From NCBI GenBank assembly GCA_036782595.1, contig DAIPYT010000001.1, positions 97 to 64,096 of the forward strand: a stretch of DNA of 64,000 nt, written 5' to 3'. The notes below the pieces were generated by a model, which saw only the letters and a program-made list of their open reading frames with translations, was not told where the DNA came from and did not search any database. Shown here piece after piece: positions 44,441 to 54,024 of this stretch (the first letter of the stretch is position 1; each line of letters starts with the position of its first letter). Made by a program: the position numbers and the translations under genes. The stretch is from Mycobacterium sp. GTDB lineage: Bacteria > Actinomycetota > Actinomycetes > Mycobacteriales > Mycobacteriaceae.

Positions 44441-45565
44441 CTACTTCGCGAAGCGCGCGAGTATCGGCCCGAGAACCGCCAGGATGAAGACATACGGCGT
44501 CGCGACGGCGCTCAGGGTCCCGACGCCGGTTCCGACCAGTCCGATGATCACCAGCGAGAATTCGCCTCGGGCGATCAGCGCGGCCCCGGCCCGGCGCTGA
44601 CCGGGCCGCGCCGCCCCCTCGCGGCGGGCGGCGTAGGCACCGGTGACGATCTTGGTGACGGCGGTGACGGCGGCCAGTCCGATGGCGAACGGCAGCATCG
44701 GCAGCAGGTCGGCCGGCGCGACCGTCAAGCCGATCGCGACGAAGAACACCGCGGCGAACAGGTCGCGCAGCGGGCTGAGCACGGTGCGGGCCCGGTCCGC
44801 GGTCGGACCGGTCAGGGTCAACCCGACCAGGAAGGCACCCACCGCAGCCGAGGCGTGCAGGTGCTCGGCGACCGCCGCGACGATCAGCGTCAAGCCCAGG
44901 ATTCTGAGTAGCAACTGCTCATCCTCGGGATGACCCAGCACCCGGCCCACATGGTGTCCCCAGCGGAGGGAGACCAGAAAAGCCAGCCCCAGCGCACCGA
45001 GTGCCACCGCCGTCCACAGCAGCGCCTCCAGGGCGGTTCCCCCGGAGGCCAGCACGGTGAGCACTGGAAGGTAGGCGGCCATGGCGAAGTCCTCCAGCAC
45101 CAGGACCGACAGCACAGCGGGAGTCTCTCGGTTGCCGAGTCGGCCTAGGTCGCTGAGCAGTCGCGCGATGACACCCGAGGAGGAGATGTAGGTGATCCCC
45201 GCCAGCGCCAGGATGCCGACGGCATCGAGTCCCAGCAGCCATCCGGCCAGCGCCCCGGGGACGGCGTTGAGAACCAGGTCGACGCCGGCTGAGGGCAGGT
45301 GCCGGCGCAGCGACACCGAGAACTCGCCGATGGAGAACTCCAGGCCCAGGGTGAGTAGCAGCAGCACCACACCGATCGAGGCGCCGGTCTCGACGAACTC
45401 CGCGGCCGCGGTGACCGGGGCGATGCCCCCGGTGCCCAGGAACAGACCGGTCAGCAGATACAGCGGGATCGGCGAGAGACCGAATCGTCGTGCGGTCGAG
45501 CCCAGAACCGTGAGCACCACCAGGATGGCGCCGAGCTCGAACAGCAGCGGCGCCGAGACGGCCAC
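44441..45565 (-). CDS. CPA2 cation:proton antiporter (KhtU-like)
   Basis: Polytopic; 'LGLEFS', 'ISSSGVI', 'LVLEDF', 'LRDLFAAVFF', 'RGEFS'. Confidence 0.9.
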   Translation of the reverse strand: MAVSAPLLFELGAILVVLTVLGSTARRFGLSPIPLYLLTGLFLGTGGIAPVTAAAEFVETGASIGVVLLLLTLGLEFSIGEFSVSLRRHLPSAGVDLVLNAVPGALAGWLLGLDAVGILALAGITYISSSGVIARLLSDLGRLGNRETPAVLSVLVLEDFAMAAYLPVLTVLASGGTALEALLWTAVALGALGLAFLVSLRWGHHVGRVLGHPEDEQLLLRILGLTLIVAAVAEHLHASAAVGAFLVGLTLTGPTADRARTVLSPLRDLFAAVFFVAIGLTVAPADLLPMLPFAIGLAAVTAVTKIVTGAYAARREGAARPGQRRAGAALIARGEFSLVIIGLVGTGVGTLSAVATPYVFILAVLGPILARFAK

Positions 45566-45569
45566 CGGT

Positions 45570-46064
45570 TCAGCCCTGGTCGATGAGGTGCCGGACGGCG
45601 GCGATACCGTCGGCGGTTCCGATGACGACGAGGACGTCCCCGACTTTGAGCACCTCGTCGGGACCGGGCGAGGCCAGCACCTCGTCGCCTCGGACGATCG
45701 CGACGATCGACGCGCCGGTGCGGGTACGTGCCCGGGTCTCCCCCAGCGGACGGTCCGCGAAGGGCGACTGAATGCCTACGCCCACCTGACCGCCCTCAAG
45801 CCCGGGGATCTCCTTGGTCAAATCGGCGTAGCTCTCCACCATCCGGGGCGCACCGAGGATCTGCGCCAGTGCCTCGGCCTCGCGCTCCCGGAGCCGGAAC
45901 AGCCGTTTGGCCCGGTCCGGGTCAGCCGGGGTGGTGCACAGGAAGACCTCGAAATCACCGCTGCGGTGGGCGATCACGCTGATGCGGTCTCCGTCGGAGT
46001 TGCTGAATTCGTAGCGCAGCCCCACACCGGGCAGCAGGGTCTCATTGACATCCACAGCAGTCAT
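45570..46064 (-). CDS. Antiporter regulatory subunit with RCK_C/TrkA-C domain (KhtT-like)
   Basis: 'ETLLPGVGLRYEF', 'RTRTGASIVAIVRG....SPGPD..L..GD.LVVIG'; ATG at 46064 overlaps the desaturase TGA. Confidence 0.9.
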   Translation of the reverse strand: MTAVDVNETLLPGVGLRYEFSNSDGDRISVIAHRSGDFEVFLCTTPADPDRAKRLFRLREREAEALAQILGAPRMVESYADLTKEIPGLEGGQVGVGIQSPFADRPLGETRARTRTGASIVAIVRGDEVLASPGPDEVLKVGDVLVVIGTADGIAAVRHLIDQG

Positions 46065-46972
46065 CTTCCCCGGGTGCCGACGGCTTGGTGTGCCGGTTGC
46101 CAACCGGGCGGGCCGAATATGTAGCCGAGCCTGTCGCGCCAACCGGACGCCGAACGCACATCGCGGGCGATCGCAACGTACTCGTGGGTCTCCAGGGTCC
46201 AGATGTTGAAGCTGTTCACCGGCTTGGTCAGCCCGTAGTGCGGCCGGAACAGTTCGGGCTGGAATGTTCCGAACAGCCGGTCCCAGATGATCAGGATGCC
46301 GCCGTAGTTGCGGTCCAGGTACTCCGGGTCGGTGCCGTGGTGGACCCGGTGGTGCGACGGGGTGTTGAACAGGTATTCGATCGGGCGCGGCAGTGTCCCG
46401 ATCCGCTCGGTGTGGATCCAGAACTGATAGACCAGGCTGATCGAAAAGCTGGTGAACACCATCCACGGCGGAACGCCCAGGAGTGGCAACGGAATCCACA
46501 TGATCAATTCGCCGCTGTTGTTCCACTTCTGCCGCAGCGCGGTGGCGAAGTTGAAGTACCGGCTGGAGTGGTGGGCCTGATGAGTGGCCCAGATCAGCCG
46601 GACCCGGTGGGCGATCCGGTGGTAGGCGTAGAACAGCACGTCGACGCCGACGAGCGCGATGACCCAGGTGTACCAGTCCCGGGGCGAGAGATGCCATGGT
46701 GCGACGTAGGCATAGAGGGCCGAGTACCCGAGCAGGCCGAGGAACTTCCAGACGCCCATCGACGCGACCGACACCAGACCCATCAGGATCGAGGCGCGCG
46801 CGTCCCGGGCCAGGTAGGAGCCGCGTTCCGGCCGCTCGCCGGTGCCCGGGTCTGCCGGATTCAAGTGCTCGAGTTTTCTGGCCGCGGTCCACTCGATGGC
46901 CAGTAACAGCAGAAAGAACGGGACGGCGAAGAGCACCGGATCACGCATCGGCGGCGGCAGGACAGACACCAT
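46061..46972 (-). CDS. Sterol desaturase / fatty acid hydroxylase family (Erg3/Rv1814-like)
   Basis: His boxes HRIAH, HQAHH, HHRVHH; 'NYGGILIIWDRLFGTF'. Confidence 0.92.
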   Translation of the reverse strand: MVSVLPPPMRDPVLFAVPFFLLLLAIEWTAARKLEHLNPADPGTGERPERGSYLARDARASILMGLVSVASMGVWKFLGLLGYSALYAYVAPWHLSPRDWYTWVIALVGVDVLFYAYHRIAHRVRLIWATHQAHHSSRYFNFATALRQKWNNSGELIMWIPLPLLGVPPWMVFTSFSISLVYQFWIHTERIGTLPRPIEYLFNTPSHHRVHHGTDPEYLDRNYGGILIIWDRLFGTFQPELFRPHYGLTKPVNSFNIWTLETHEYVAIARDVRSASGWRDRLGYIFGPPGWQPAHQAVGTRGR

Positions 46973-47048
46973 GTCCGCAAGTCGATCCACCTGACACCTC
47001 CCGATCCGTGAGTTTAGTCGGACCGCACGATCGCTATCGTCGTCAACC

Positions 47049-47378
47049 ATGCGGAGATGGGCGCTGCTGATTGGGGCGATCCTCACCGAGGTGACCGGAA
47101 CCCTGGCACTGCGTGCCTTCCAGGATCAGCGGTGGTGGCTGGTCCTGGTGGTTGCCGGTTACACGTCGTCGTTCTATCTGCTCACCAAGGTGCTGCGAGC
47201 CGGGGTTCCGGTCGGCGTGGCCTACGGCATCTGGGGCGCGTGCGGCACCGCCATCACCGCCGTGCTGGCCACCCTGCTCTTCGACGACCCGTTCACACCG
47301 GCGATCGTGCTCGGTATCGGACTGATCATCGCCGGGGTGCTGATGGTGGAGTTCGGGTCGCATCCGGTGAAACCATGA
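47049..47378 (+). CDS. SMR/DMT small multidrug transporter subunit
   Basis: Membrane Glu 'AILTEVTGT', 'GVAYGIW', four TM. Confidence 0.9.
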   Translation: MRRWALLIGAILTEVTGTLALRAFQDQRWWLVLVVAGYTSSFYLLTKVLRAGVPVGVAYGIWGACGTAITAVLATLLFDDPFTPAIVLGIGLIIAGVLMVEFGSHPVKP

Positions 47379-47701
47379 TGTGGCTGACGCTGGCCGGCGG
47401 GATCGTGCTGGAGGTGTTCTCCACGCTGGGGTTGCGCGCGTCGGACGGATTCCGGAAACGGGCGTGGATCGCCCCGGTCATCGTCGGTTATGTCGCCTCG
47501 TTCGCGTTGATCTCATGGACCCTGTCGTTGGGGATGCCGGTGGGGATCGCCTACGGCGTGTGGTCGGCAAGCGGCGTGGCACTGGTCGCACTGATGGGGA
47601 AAGTGCTGTTCGCCGAACCGCTGACGCCGATGATGCTGGGCGGCATCGGACTCATCATCGCCGGGGTTCTCACCATCGAACTATCCGGTGCCGCCGACTG
47701 A
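47375..47701 (+). CDS. SMR/DMT small multidrug transporter subunit (paired)
   Basis: 'IVLEVFST', 'GIAYGVW'; ATGA overlap with the first subunit. Confidence 0.9.
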   Translation: MMWLTLAGGIVLEVFSTLGLRASDGFRKRAWIAPVIVGYVASFALISWTLSLGMPVGIAYGVWSASGVALVALMGKVLFAEPLTPMMLGGIGLIIAGVLTIELSGAAD

Positions 47702-47721
47702 CCTGGGCTTAGATGGGCTGT

Positions 47722-49851
47722 ATGGCTGAACCGTCGTTGACCGCCCTGGCCGACCGGTTGGGGGTGGCGTGCGCCTACCACGACTGGACCGGGAACTTCC
47801 TGACCGTGGACCCGTCCACGGTGGTGGCGGTGCTGGCTGCACTGGGGGTGCGGGCTGATACCGAAGAAGCTTGCACTGCTTCACTTTTGGAGTTGGACCG
47901 GCAGCACTGGGCTCGGCCGCTGCCGCCGACGATCGTCACCCGCACAGGTCAGGAGACGTCATTCTGGGTGCACGTCACCCACGGCGAACCGGCGGATGTC
48001 TGGGTGCGACTAGAGGATGGCGCCGTCCACAGCGGCATTCGGCAGGCCGACAACTTCACTCCCCCGTTCGATCTCGACGGCCGCCTCGTCGGCGAAGCCA
48101 CCTTCGTGCTCCCGGGCGACCTTCCACTGGGGTATCACCGCGTCCACCTGCGTTCAGGACACCAGGAATTCGATACCGCGCTGATCGTGACACCGTCCTG
48201 GCTGGGTATGCCGGCCAGGATGGGATCGCGGCGAACCTGGGGGCTGGCCACCCAGCTGTACAGCGTCCGGTCGCAAGGCTCCTGGGGTATCGGTGATTTG
48301 GCCGACCTCACCGACCTTGCGGTATGGGCGGGGTCGCAGCATGGCGCGGGTTTCGTCCTGGTCAACCCGTTGCACGCCGCCGCACCCACCGCACCGATGG
48401 AGCCGTCCCCCTATCTGCCGACCTCGCGCCGCTTCGTCAACCCGATCTATCTGCGGATCGAGGACATCCCCGAGTTCGCCTGGCTGCCCAAGCGCGGCCG
48501 GGTGCACAACCGCCGTAAAGCGGTGCAGTCGCGGGCGCAGAAGCACAGCGGTATCGACCGTGACGGGATCTGGGCGGCCAAGCGCGAGGCTCTGGATCTG
48601 GTGTACCGGGTTCCCCGGACCGCCGGCCGGCAGTTGGCATTCGAGGCCTACAAGCAACGTGAGGGCACCGCCCTGGACGATTTCGCCACCTGGTGCGCGA
48701 TCGCCGAAAAGCACGGGGGCGATTGGCGGCGGTGGCCCGCGGAACTGGGACACCCGGCCAATGCGGCGGTCGCGGCGTTCGCCGACCGGCATCAACGCAC
48801 GGTCGACTTCTATCGCTGGATGCAGTGGCAACTCGACGAGCAACTCGCCCACACGCAGTCGCAGGCGTTGCGCACCGGGATGCCGCTGGGCGTCATGCAT
48901 GACCTGGCCGTCGGGGTGCACCCGAGCGGCGCCGACGCGTGGTCACTGCAGGACGTGCTGGCACTGGGCGTCACCGCGGGCGCCCCGCCCGATGAGTTCA
49001 ACCAACTCGGGCAGGACTGGTCGCAGCCGCCGTGGCGGCCCGACCGGCTCGAAGAACTTGGCTACCAACCGTTTCGGGCACTCACCGCAGCGATACTTAG
49101 GCACGCCGGCGGGGTGCGCATCGACCATGTGATCGGACTGTTCCGGCTGTGGTGGATTCCCGACGGCGCCCCGCCCACCGCAGGTACCTACGTCCGGTAC
49201 AACCACGACGCCATGATCGGCATCGTCGCCCTGGAAGCACATCGGGCCGGGGCGGTGGTGGTCGGTGAGGATCTGGGCACCGTGCAACCGTGGGTACGGG
49301 ACTATCTGCGCGACCGCGGCGTGTTGGGAACCTCGATCCTCTGGTTCGAGATGGACGCCGGCAGTCGCGGACCGCTGGCCGCTGAGCACTGGCGGGAACT
49401 GTGCCTGTCGTCGGTGACCACCCACGACCTGCCGCCGACCCCGGGCTATCTGGATGGCGAACATGTGCGGCTTCGTGGTGAATTGGGCCTTCTGACCCGC
49501 CCGGCCGAGGAGGAACTGGCCGATGACCGCGCCCAGCAGGCGGCCTGGATGGACGAACTGCGCCGGGTCGGTCTGCTGGGCGGCGAGGCCGACGAGGAGG
49601 ACGTGATCATCGGCCTGTACCGGTATCTGGGCCGGACCCGCTCCCGACTGCTGGCACTGGCCCTGACCGACGCGGTCGGGGAACGCCGCACCCAGAATCA
49701 GCCGGGTACCACCGACGAGTATCCGAACTGGCGGGTGCCGCTGGCCGGGCCGGATGGGCGACAACTGTTCCTGGAGGACGTGTTCACCGACCGGCGCGCC
49801 GCGGCACTGGCCGATGCGCTGCGCGCGGCGACCGAGCCCGGATCCGACTGA
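47722..49851 (+). CDS. malQ: 4-alpha-glucanotransferase (GH77 amylomaltase)
   Basis: 'QLYSVRS..SWGIGD', 'SPY.P.SR', 'DLAVG', 'RIDH..G..RLWWIP', 'GEDLG', 'THD'. Confidence 0.96.
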   Translation: MAEPSLTALADRLGVACAYHDWTGNFLTVDPSTVVAVLAALGVRADTEEACTASLLELDRQHWARPLPPTIVTRTGQETSFWVHVTHGEPADVWVRLEDGAVHSGIRQADNFTPPFDLDGRLVGEATFVLPGDLPLGYHRVHLRSGHQEFDTALIVTPSWLGMPARMGSRRTWGLATQLYSVRSQGSWGIGDLADLTDLAVWAGSQHGAGFVLVNPLHAAAPTAPMEPSPYLPTSRRFVNPIYLRIEDIPEFAWLPKRGRVHNRRKAVQSRAQKHSGIDRDGIWAAKREALDLVYRVPRTAGRQLAFEAYKQREGTALDDFATWCAIAEKHGGDWRRWPAELGHPANAAVAAFADRHQRTVDFYRWMQWQLDEQLAHTQSQALRTGMPLGVMHDLAVGVHPSGADAWSLQDVLALGVTAGAPPDEFNQLGQDWSQPPWRPDRLEELGYQPFRALTAAILRHAGGVRIDHVIGLFRLWWIPDGAPPTAGTYVRYNHDAMIGIVALEAHRAGAVVVGEDLGTVQPWVRDYLRDRGVLGTSILWFEMDAGSRGPLAAEHWRELCLSSVTTHDLPPTPGYLDGEHVRLRGELGLLTRPAEEELADDRAQQAAWMDELRRVGLLGGEADEEDVIIGLYRYLGRTRSRLLALALTDAVGERRTQNQPGTTDEYPNWRVPLAGPDGRQLFLEDVFTDRRAAALADALRAATEPGSD

Positions 49852-49854
49852 CAG

Positions 49855-50313
49855 GTGCCCGTTCTCAGCGCGGGACTGCTGCTGCACCGACGCGTCGGTG
49901 AGGTCACCGAGGTTCTCATCGGACATCCCGGCGGCCCGTTCTGGGCCCGCAAGGATGACGGCGCCTGGTCGATTCCCAAGGGCGAGTACGACGCGCGCGA
50001 GGACCCGTGGGAGGCGGCTCAGCGCGAGTTCGCCGAGGAACTCGGATGCCCTGCCCCGGATGGTCCGCGCCTGGACCTCGGGACGGTCAAGCAGCCCAGC
50101 GGCAAGATGCTGACCGTGTTCGCGGTCGACGCGGATCTCGAGATCGGCGGCTTCGCGAGCAACACCTTCACCCTCGAATGGCCGAAAGGCTCAGGGCGGC
50201 TTCAGGAATTCCCGGAATTGGACCGGGTCGCCTGGTTAGCGATACCCGAGGCGAGCATCAAGCTGTTGAAGGGCCACCGGGTGTTCCTGACGCGGTTGGC
50301 TGCAGCCGGGTAG
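49855..50313 (+). CDS. NUDIX domain protein
   Basis: 'HPGGPFW', Nudix box 'PKGEY...EDP.EAAQREFAEELG'. Confidence 0.9.
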   Translation: MPVLSAGLLLHRRVGEVTEVLIGHPGGPFWARKDDGAWSIPKGEYDAREDPWEAAQREFAEELGCPAPDGPRLDLGTVKQPSGKMLTVFAVDADLEIGGFASNTFTLEWPKGSGRLQEFPELDRVAWLAIPEASIKLLKGHRVFLTRLAAAG

Positions 50314-50335
50314 ACGATCGCCTGAGGGGACAACG

Positions 50336-51790
50336 CTACGAGACAAGACCTTGCGCAGCGATGTCGGCCAGAGCTTCCCGGGCCGCCCTGCGGCGCATCT
50401 CGATCGCATCGCCGATCTGCCGGGCAAGCCGATGATCCTTCTCCACAATGGCGTTCATCGCGTGCCGCGACACCGCCACGAGTGTGGTGTCGGTCAGTGC
50501 GATCACTCCGGTGATCATCCGCTGGCGGGTCAGCGACGTCCCGCCGATGTAATCGCCCACCCCGAGTCGGCCCAGCGAGATACGGCCGCCGCCGGGTGTC
50601 GCGGCAAACATGCCGACCTCACCCTCGGTGATGAAACCCATGGCCTCGGGAATGCTGTTGACCTGCTGGATGATCTCCCCCTCAGCGAAGGGAAGCACCT
50701 TCGCATCGGCGAGCATCGCCGCCGCTGCCTCCGGACCGAGGCCGAGACCGGCCGCGATCGAACCAACGCGTTCGGCGAGGTAGGCGCCTTTGCGCCCGGT
50801 GCCGGATTTGACGTTGTCCAGATGCAGACCCGACCGCTGAGCGGCATACCAGACCCGCTGCTGAAGTAGCGAAACCGTGCCGTCCGCCTCCGCCGGCGAC
50901 GCAACCGGGACCATCACCCGGTAACTGACCATCCCCGGGTGCACGGCATGCGCGCCCAACGGAGTCACCGAGGCCTTGGCGTCGGCGAACTTCGCCGGCG
51001 CTGCGTCGGCCACCGCCAGCAGGGTCGACTTGATCAGCCCGGGCGGATCCCCCGCGGCGAAGCTGAACGTCGCCTTCGCTTTGAAGTAGGGCGCGGTGGT
51101 GCGGCTCAGGTTGACGAAGGCATCTCCGGCGAGAGCGGCGTTCGGGATGATTTGCAGCCCGTTCTCGGTGTCGATGTGTACTGCGCGCCAGTTCACCTCG
51201 GCGACCCGGCCCTTACCGAACTTGGTATCCAGGTGGTCACCGATCCGGAACGGCTGCTCGAAGAGCAGCAACAGCCCGGAGATGACCGGGCCGACCGCGT
51301 TCTGGACAGCCAGGCCTATGACGATCGAGGTCACACCGACCGCGGTGATCAACCCGCCGATATTGGCGCCCCAGACCCACGACAGCAGCAGGCCGATCCC
51401 GATGATGATCAGGACCAGCCGACCGAGGTCGATGAAGATCCCAGGCAGCCGGCTACGCCAGCTACCTGCGGTCGCCGCACCGAACAACGCCGCGTTAGCA
51501 CCCGACAACAGCACCAGCATGATGACGAAACCCACCACTGTGGCGGCGATCTTCGCCCAGGTCGCGTGCTCGATACCTTCCTGGCCACCATGGTTGAGCT
51601 GGTCGATGAGCAGGTAGACCGCCGCGGCCGGAAGAAGCCAGTTCCTCAGCAGGCCAATCGGTTTGGCATAGGCGCTGCCCCGGCGCGTCAGCACCCCCTG
51701 TACCTCGTTGAGGATCAGCAGGGCCAGCGGCAGGCCGACCACCACGGCCAGCGCCGGCCAGAACCACGGTTGCGTCGTCAATGAGCTCAT
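50336..51790 (-). CDS. MscS-family channel with C-terminal cNMP-binding-like domain (Rv2434c-like)
   Basis: TMs, 'IGLAVQ..VG..ISGLLLLFEQPFRIGD', 'V.EVNWRA', 'IIPN'; C-terminal 'FAEGE.I....GFITEGEV...LG.GDYIG'. Confidence 0.88.
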   Translation of the reverse strand: MSSLTTQPWFWPALAVVVGLPLALLILNEVQGVLTRRGSAYAKPIGLLRNWLLPAAAVYLLIDQLNHGGQEGIEHATWAKIAATVVGFVIMLVLLSGANAALFGAATAGSWRSRLPGIFIDLGRLVLIIIGIGLLLSWVWGANIGGLITAVGVTSIVIGLAVQNAVGPVISGLLLLFEQPFRIGDHLDTKFGKGRVAEVNWRAVHIDTENGLQIIPNAALAGDAFVNLSRTTAPYFKAKATFSFAAGDPPGLIKSTLLAVADAAPAKFADAKASVTPLGAHAVHPGMVSYRVMVPVASPAEADGTVSLLQQRVWYAAQRSGLHLDNVKSGTGRKGAYLAERVGSIAAGLGLGPEAAAAMLADAKVLPFAEGEIIQQVNSIPEAMGFITEGEVGMFAATPGGGRISLGRLGVGDYIGGTSLTRQRMITGVIALTDTTLVAVSRHAMNAIVEKDHRLARQIGDAIEMRRRAAREALADIAAQGLVS

Positions 51791-51792
51791 GC

Positions 51793-53943
51793 TTAAACCG
51801 ACTGCCGCGTTCCGACGTCAAGCATCCACACCGTCTCGGTGCCGGCGGCGCCGGTGATGGTGCCGGCCTCGGAGAACGGGTAGATGCCCACCACCGAGTC
51901 ATGCACACGATCGCTGATGAAGATGCCTGGGGATCGGGTGGCGGCATGGACCCGGTGTGCCAGATCCACCGCCTCACCCCACAACGCGTAGACGGTGGAC
52001 CGCTCGCCGACCAGACCGCTGGTGACCGGGCCGCTGTCGATCCCGATGCGTATCGACAGTTGCGCGCCGTGCTGGTCGTTGAAGCGCTGGAGGATCTCTA
52101 CGAGGTCCTTGGCGAAGGCGATCGTGCGACTGGCGTGGTCGACCCGGGGCACCACCAGCCCGCAGGTGGCCAGCAGTCCGTTGTCCTGCATGCTGCGCAC
52201 CCGCTCGACGCCATGCCGTTCGGCGGCGCCGTCAAAGGCCTCGACCAGCGAGTTGAGCATGGTGACCGACTGCTCGGTGGGCATGGACCGGGAGAAGTCA
52301 TCGAAGCCGAGCAACTGCGCGTAGATCACCGAGACGTCGCGATGCTGAGTACTGATGTTCTCCTCGCCCTCGCGGTAGCGGCGCGCCACCGTCTCGGGCA
52401 TCAAGCTGTTCAGCAGTTCGTCGTTCTCCTGGCGCTGGGCGTCGATGAGCTGCTGCTTGGTCTGCAGGCTGGCGCTCAGGTCGTTGAATGAGGACGCGAG
52501 TTCTCCGATCTCGTCGCGTGAGGTCACCGGAACACGGACGCCGAGTTCCCCACCCTTAACCCGTTCGATCGCCGCCGCGAGCTGCTTCACCGGCCTGGTC
52601 AGGATGCGGGCGAAGAGGAGAGCCAAGAGACACACCACCAACACGATCGCCCCGGTGGAGAGGGCGATATTGCGGGCGAATCTGGACACGGGGGCCAACG
52701 CCTCGCTCTCGTGGATCCTGGCGATGATGGCGTAGCGCAGGCCGGGAAGGTTCAGCGGCCCGTAGGCGGACAGCACTTTGACATTCCGGCCCAGGTAGTT
52801 GTCTCCGGTGCGCACTCCGGTATTCCCGCTGAGCGCCTCGCTGACCGATGTGCTGTCGCCCATCGACTGCAGCAATACGGTGTCTTCGGAAGCGAGTTCC
52901 CGCTTGATGATGTCTTCCGGAGTGCCGTGCTCGGCCGCTTCTCGGGCAAATCGCTCCGGGTCCTCGAGCAGGAGTCGGGACACCGAGCGCATCGTTTTGT
53001 CCGGTCCTACGAGATACGTCTCACCGGTCTTTCCCAGCCCGTCGCGTTCCCAGCCGCGGTCGCCGGTCATCACGTTGTCCAGGGCCTCCGACGAGAGCTG
53101 CATTGCCAGAACGCCGTAGATGCCGCCGCCGTCACCGACAGGGGTAAGGATCCACGGTGTCGGTAGTCCATAGGCTGGGGCGTACTCCTCGAAGTCGGTC
53201 AGCACAATCTCGTCCACCGATGTCGCCTGCATGACCTTGCGGAAACCCTCGGCCAGTTTGGTGGTCTTAAACGGGCCGCTGTTGACGTTGGCACCAAAAT
53301 CGGTCTGCTTCAGTGTCGAGTACACGACGTTGCCGTCGGTGTCGATCAGCAGGGCGTCGTCGAAGGGGAAACGGCTGGCGAAGTCACTGAAAAACGGTTG
53401 GTAGCGCTCGTTGAACTTGGTCCAGGCACTCGGGTCACCGGCGTTCATGATCTTCGCCGAAGCGGCGAAGTCGCCCTTGGCTGGCACCGTGTAGAGGCTC
53501 TGCAGGTAGGTCTGGGCGTTGGACGTCGGACGGTACAGCGCCCCGTCGACCTTCTGACCGCTGTATTTCTCCAGCGCCGGATCGAATACTCCCGTGTAGT
53601 AGTTGTCCACCGCCTCCTTGGCGCCGGGCGGCAACGGGGTCTTCTGCAACTCGGCGAACGCCCCGGTGAAGTCCTTCATCGCCGTGATCGCCGCGTTGGA
53701 ATGGGTGAGCACCGTCGCGGCATTGCTCAGGCTGGTGTAGAAAGTGGTGACTTCGCGGGCGCGCGATTCCCGCAGCTGGGTGAGCCGCTGGTACTCGGCA
53801 TCACGCAGTGAGTTGGTGCCGGAGATGTATCCGATGATTCCCGCGATGAGCACCGACAGCACACTTACCGCCAGCAGCATGATCAGCAACTTGGACTGAA
53901 ATCCCAGCGAACGCAGGCCACGCAACTCGGGCATTCGGACCAC
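51793..53943 (-). CDS. Membrane receptor class III cyclase-like protein: TM, Cache-like domain, TM, HAMP, cyclase (Rv2435c-like)
   Basis: 'GKTGETYLVGPD..MRS', HAMP 'RPVKQL...RDEIGELASSFN', cyclase 'RIGIDSGPV.SG.VG....Y.LWG'. Confidence 0.88.
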   Translation of the reverse strand: MVRMPELRGLRSLGFQSKLLIMLLAVSVLSVLIAGIIGYISGTNSLRDAEYQRLTQLRESRAREVTTFYTSLSNAATVLTHSNAAITAMKDFTGAFAELQKTPLPPGAKEAVDNYYTGVFDPALEKYSGQKVDGALYRPTSNAQTYLQSLYTVPAKGDFAASAKIMNAGDPSAWTKFNERYQPFFSDFASRFPFDDALLIDTDGNVVYSTLKQTDFGANVNSGPFKTTKLAEGFRKVMQATSVDEIVLTDFEEYAPAYGLPTPWILTPVGDGGGIYGVLAMQLSSEALDNVMTGDRGWERDGLGKTGETYLVGPDKTMRSVSRLLLEDPERFAREAAEHGTPEDIIKRELASEDTVLLQSMGDSTSVSEALSGNTGVRTGDNYLGRNVKVLSAYGPLNLPGLRYAIIARIHESEALAPVSRFARNIALSTGAIVLVVCLLALLFARILTRPVKQLAAAIERVKGGELGVRVPVTSRDEIGELASSFNDLSASLQTKQQLIDAQRQENDELLNSLMPETVARRYREGEENISTQHRDVSVIYAQLLGFDDFSRSMPTEQSVTMLNSLVEAFDGAAERHGVERVRSMQDNGLLATCGLVVPRVDHASRTIAFAKDLVEILQRFNDQHGAQLSIRIGIDSGPVTSGLVGERSTVYALWGEAVDLAHRVHAATRSPGIFISDRVHDSVVGIYPFSEAGTITGAAGTETVWMLDVGTRQSV

Positions 53944-54024
53944 GAAAAGTCCCCCATCTCAAGGTTGACGACGGCCGGATCGTAGCGCAGAAGTCCGACT
54001 TTTCGGACCGATAGCATCGATGCG

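Noticed and set aside
45570..46892. Apparent 440-aa KhtT with a long N-terminal extension
   Set aside because: The extension is an off-frame reading of the desaturase; the real start is the ATG at 46064
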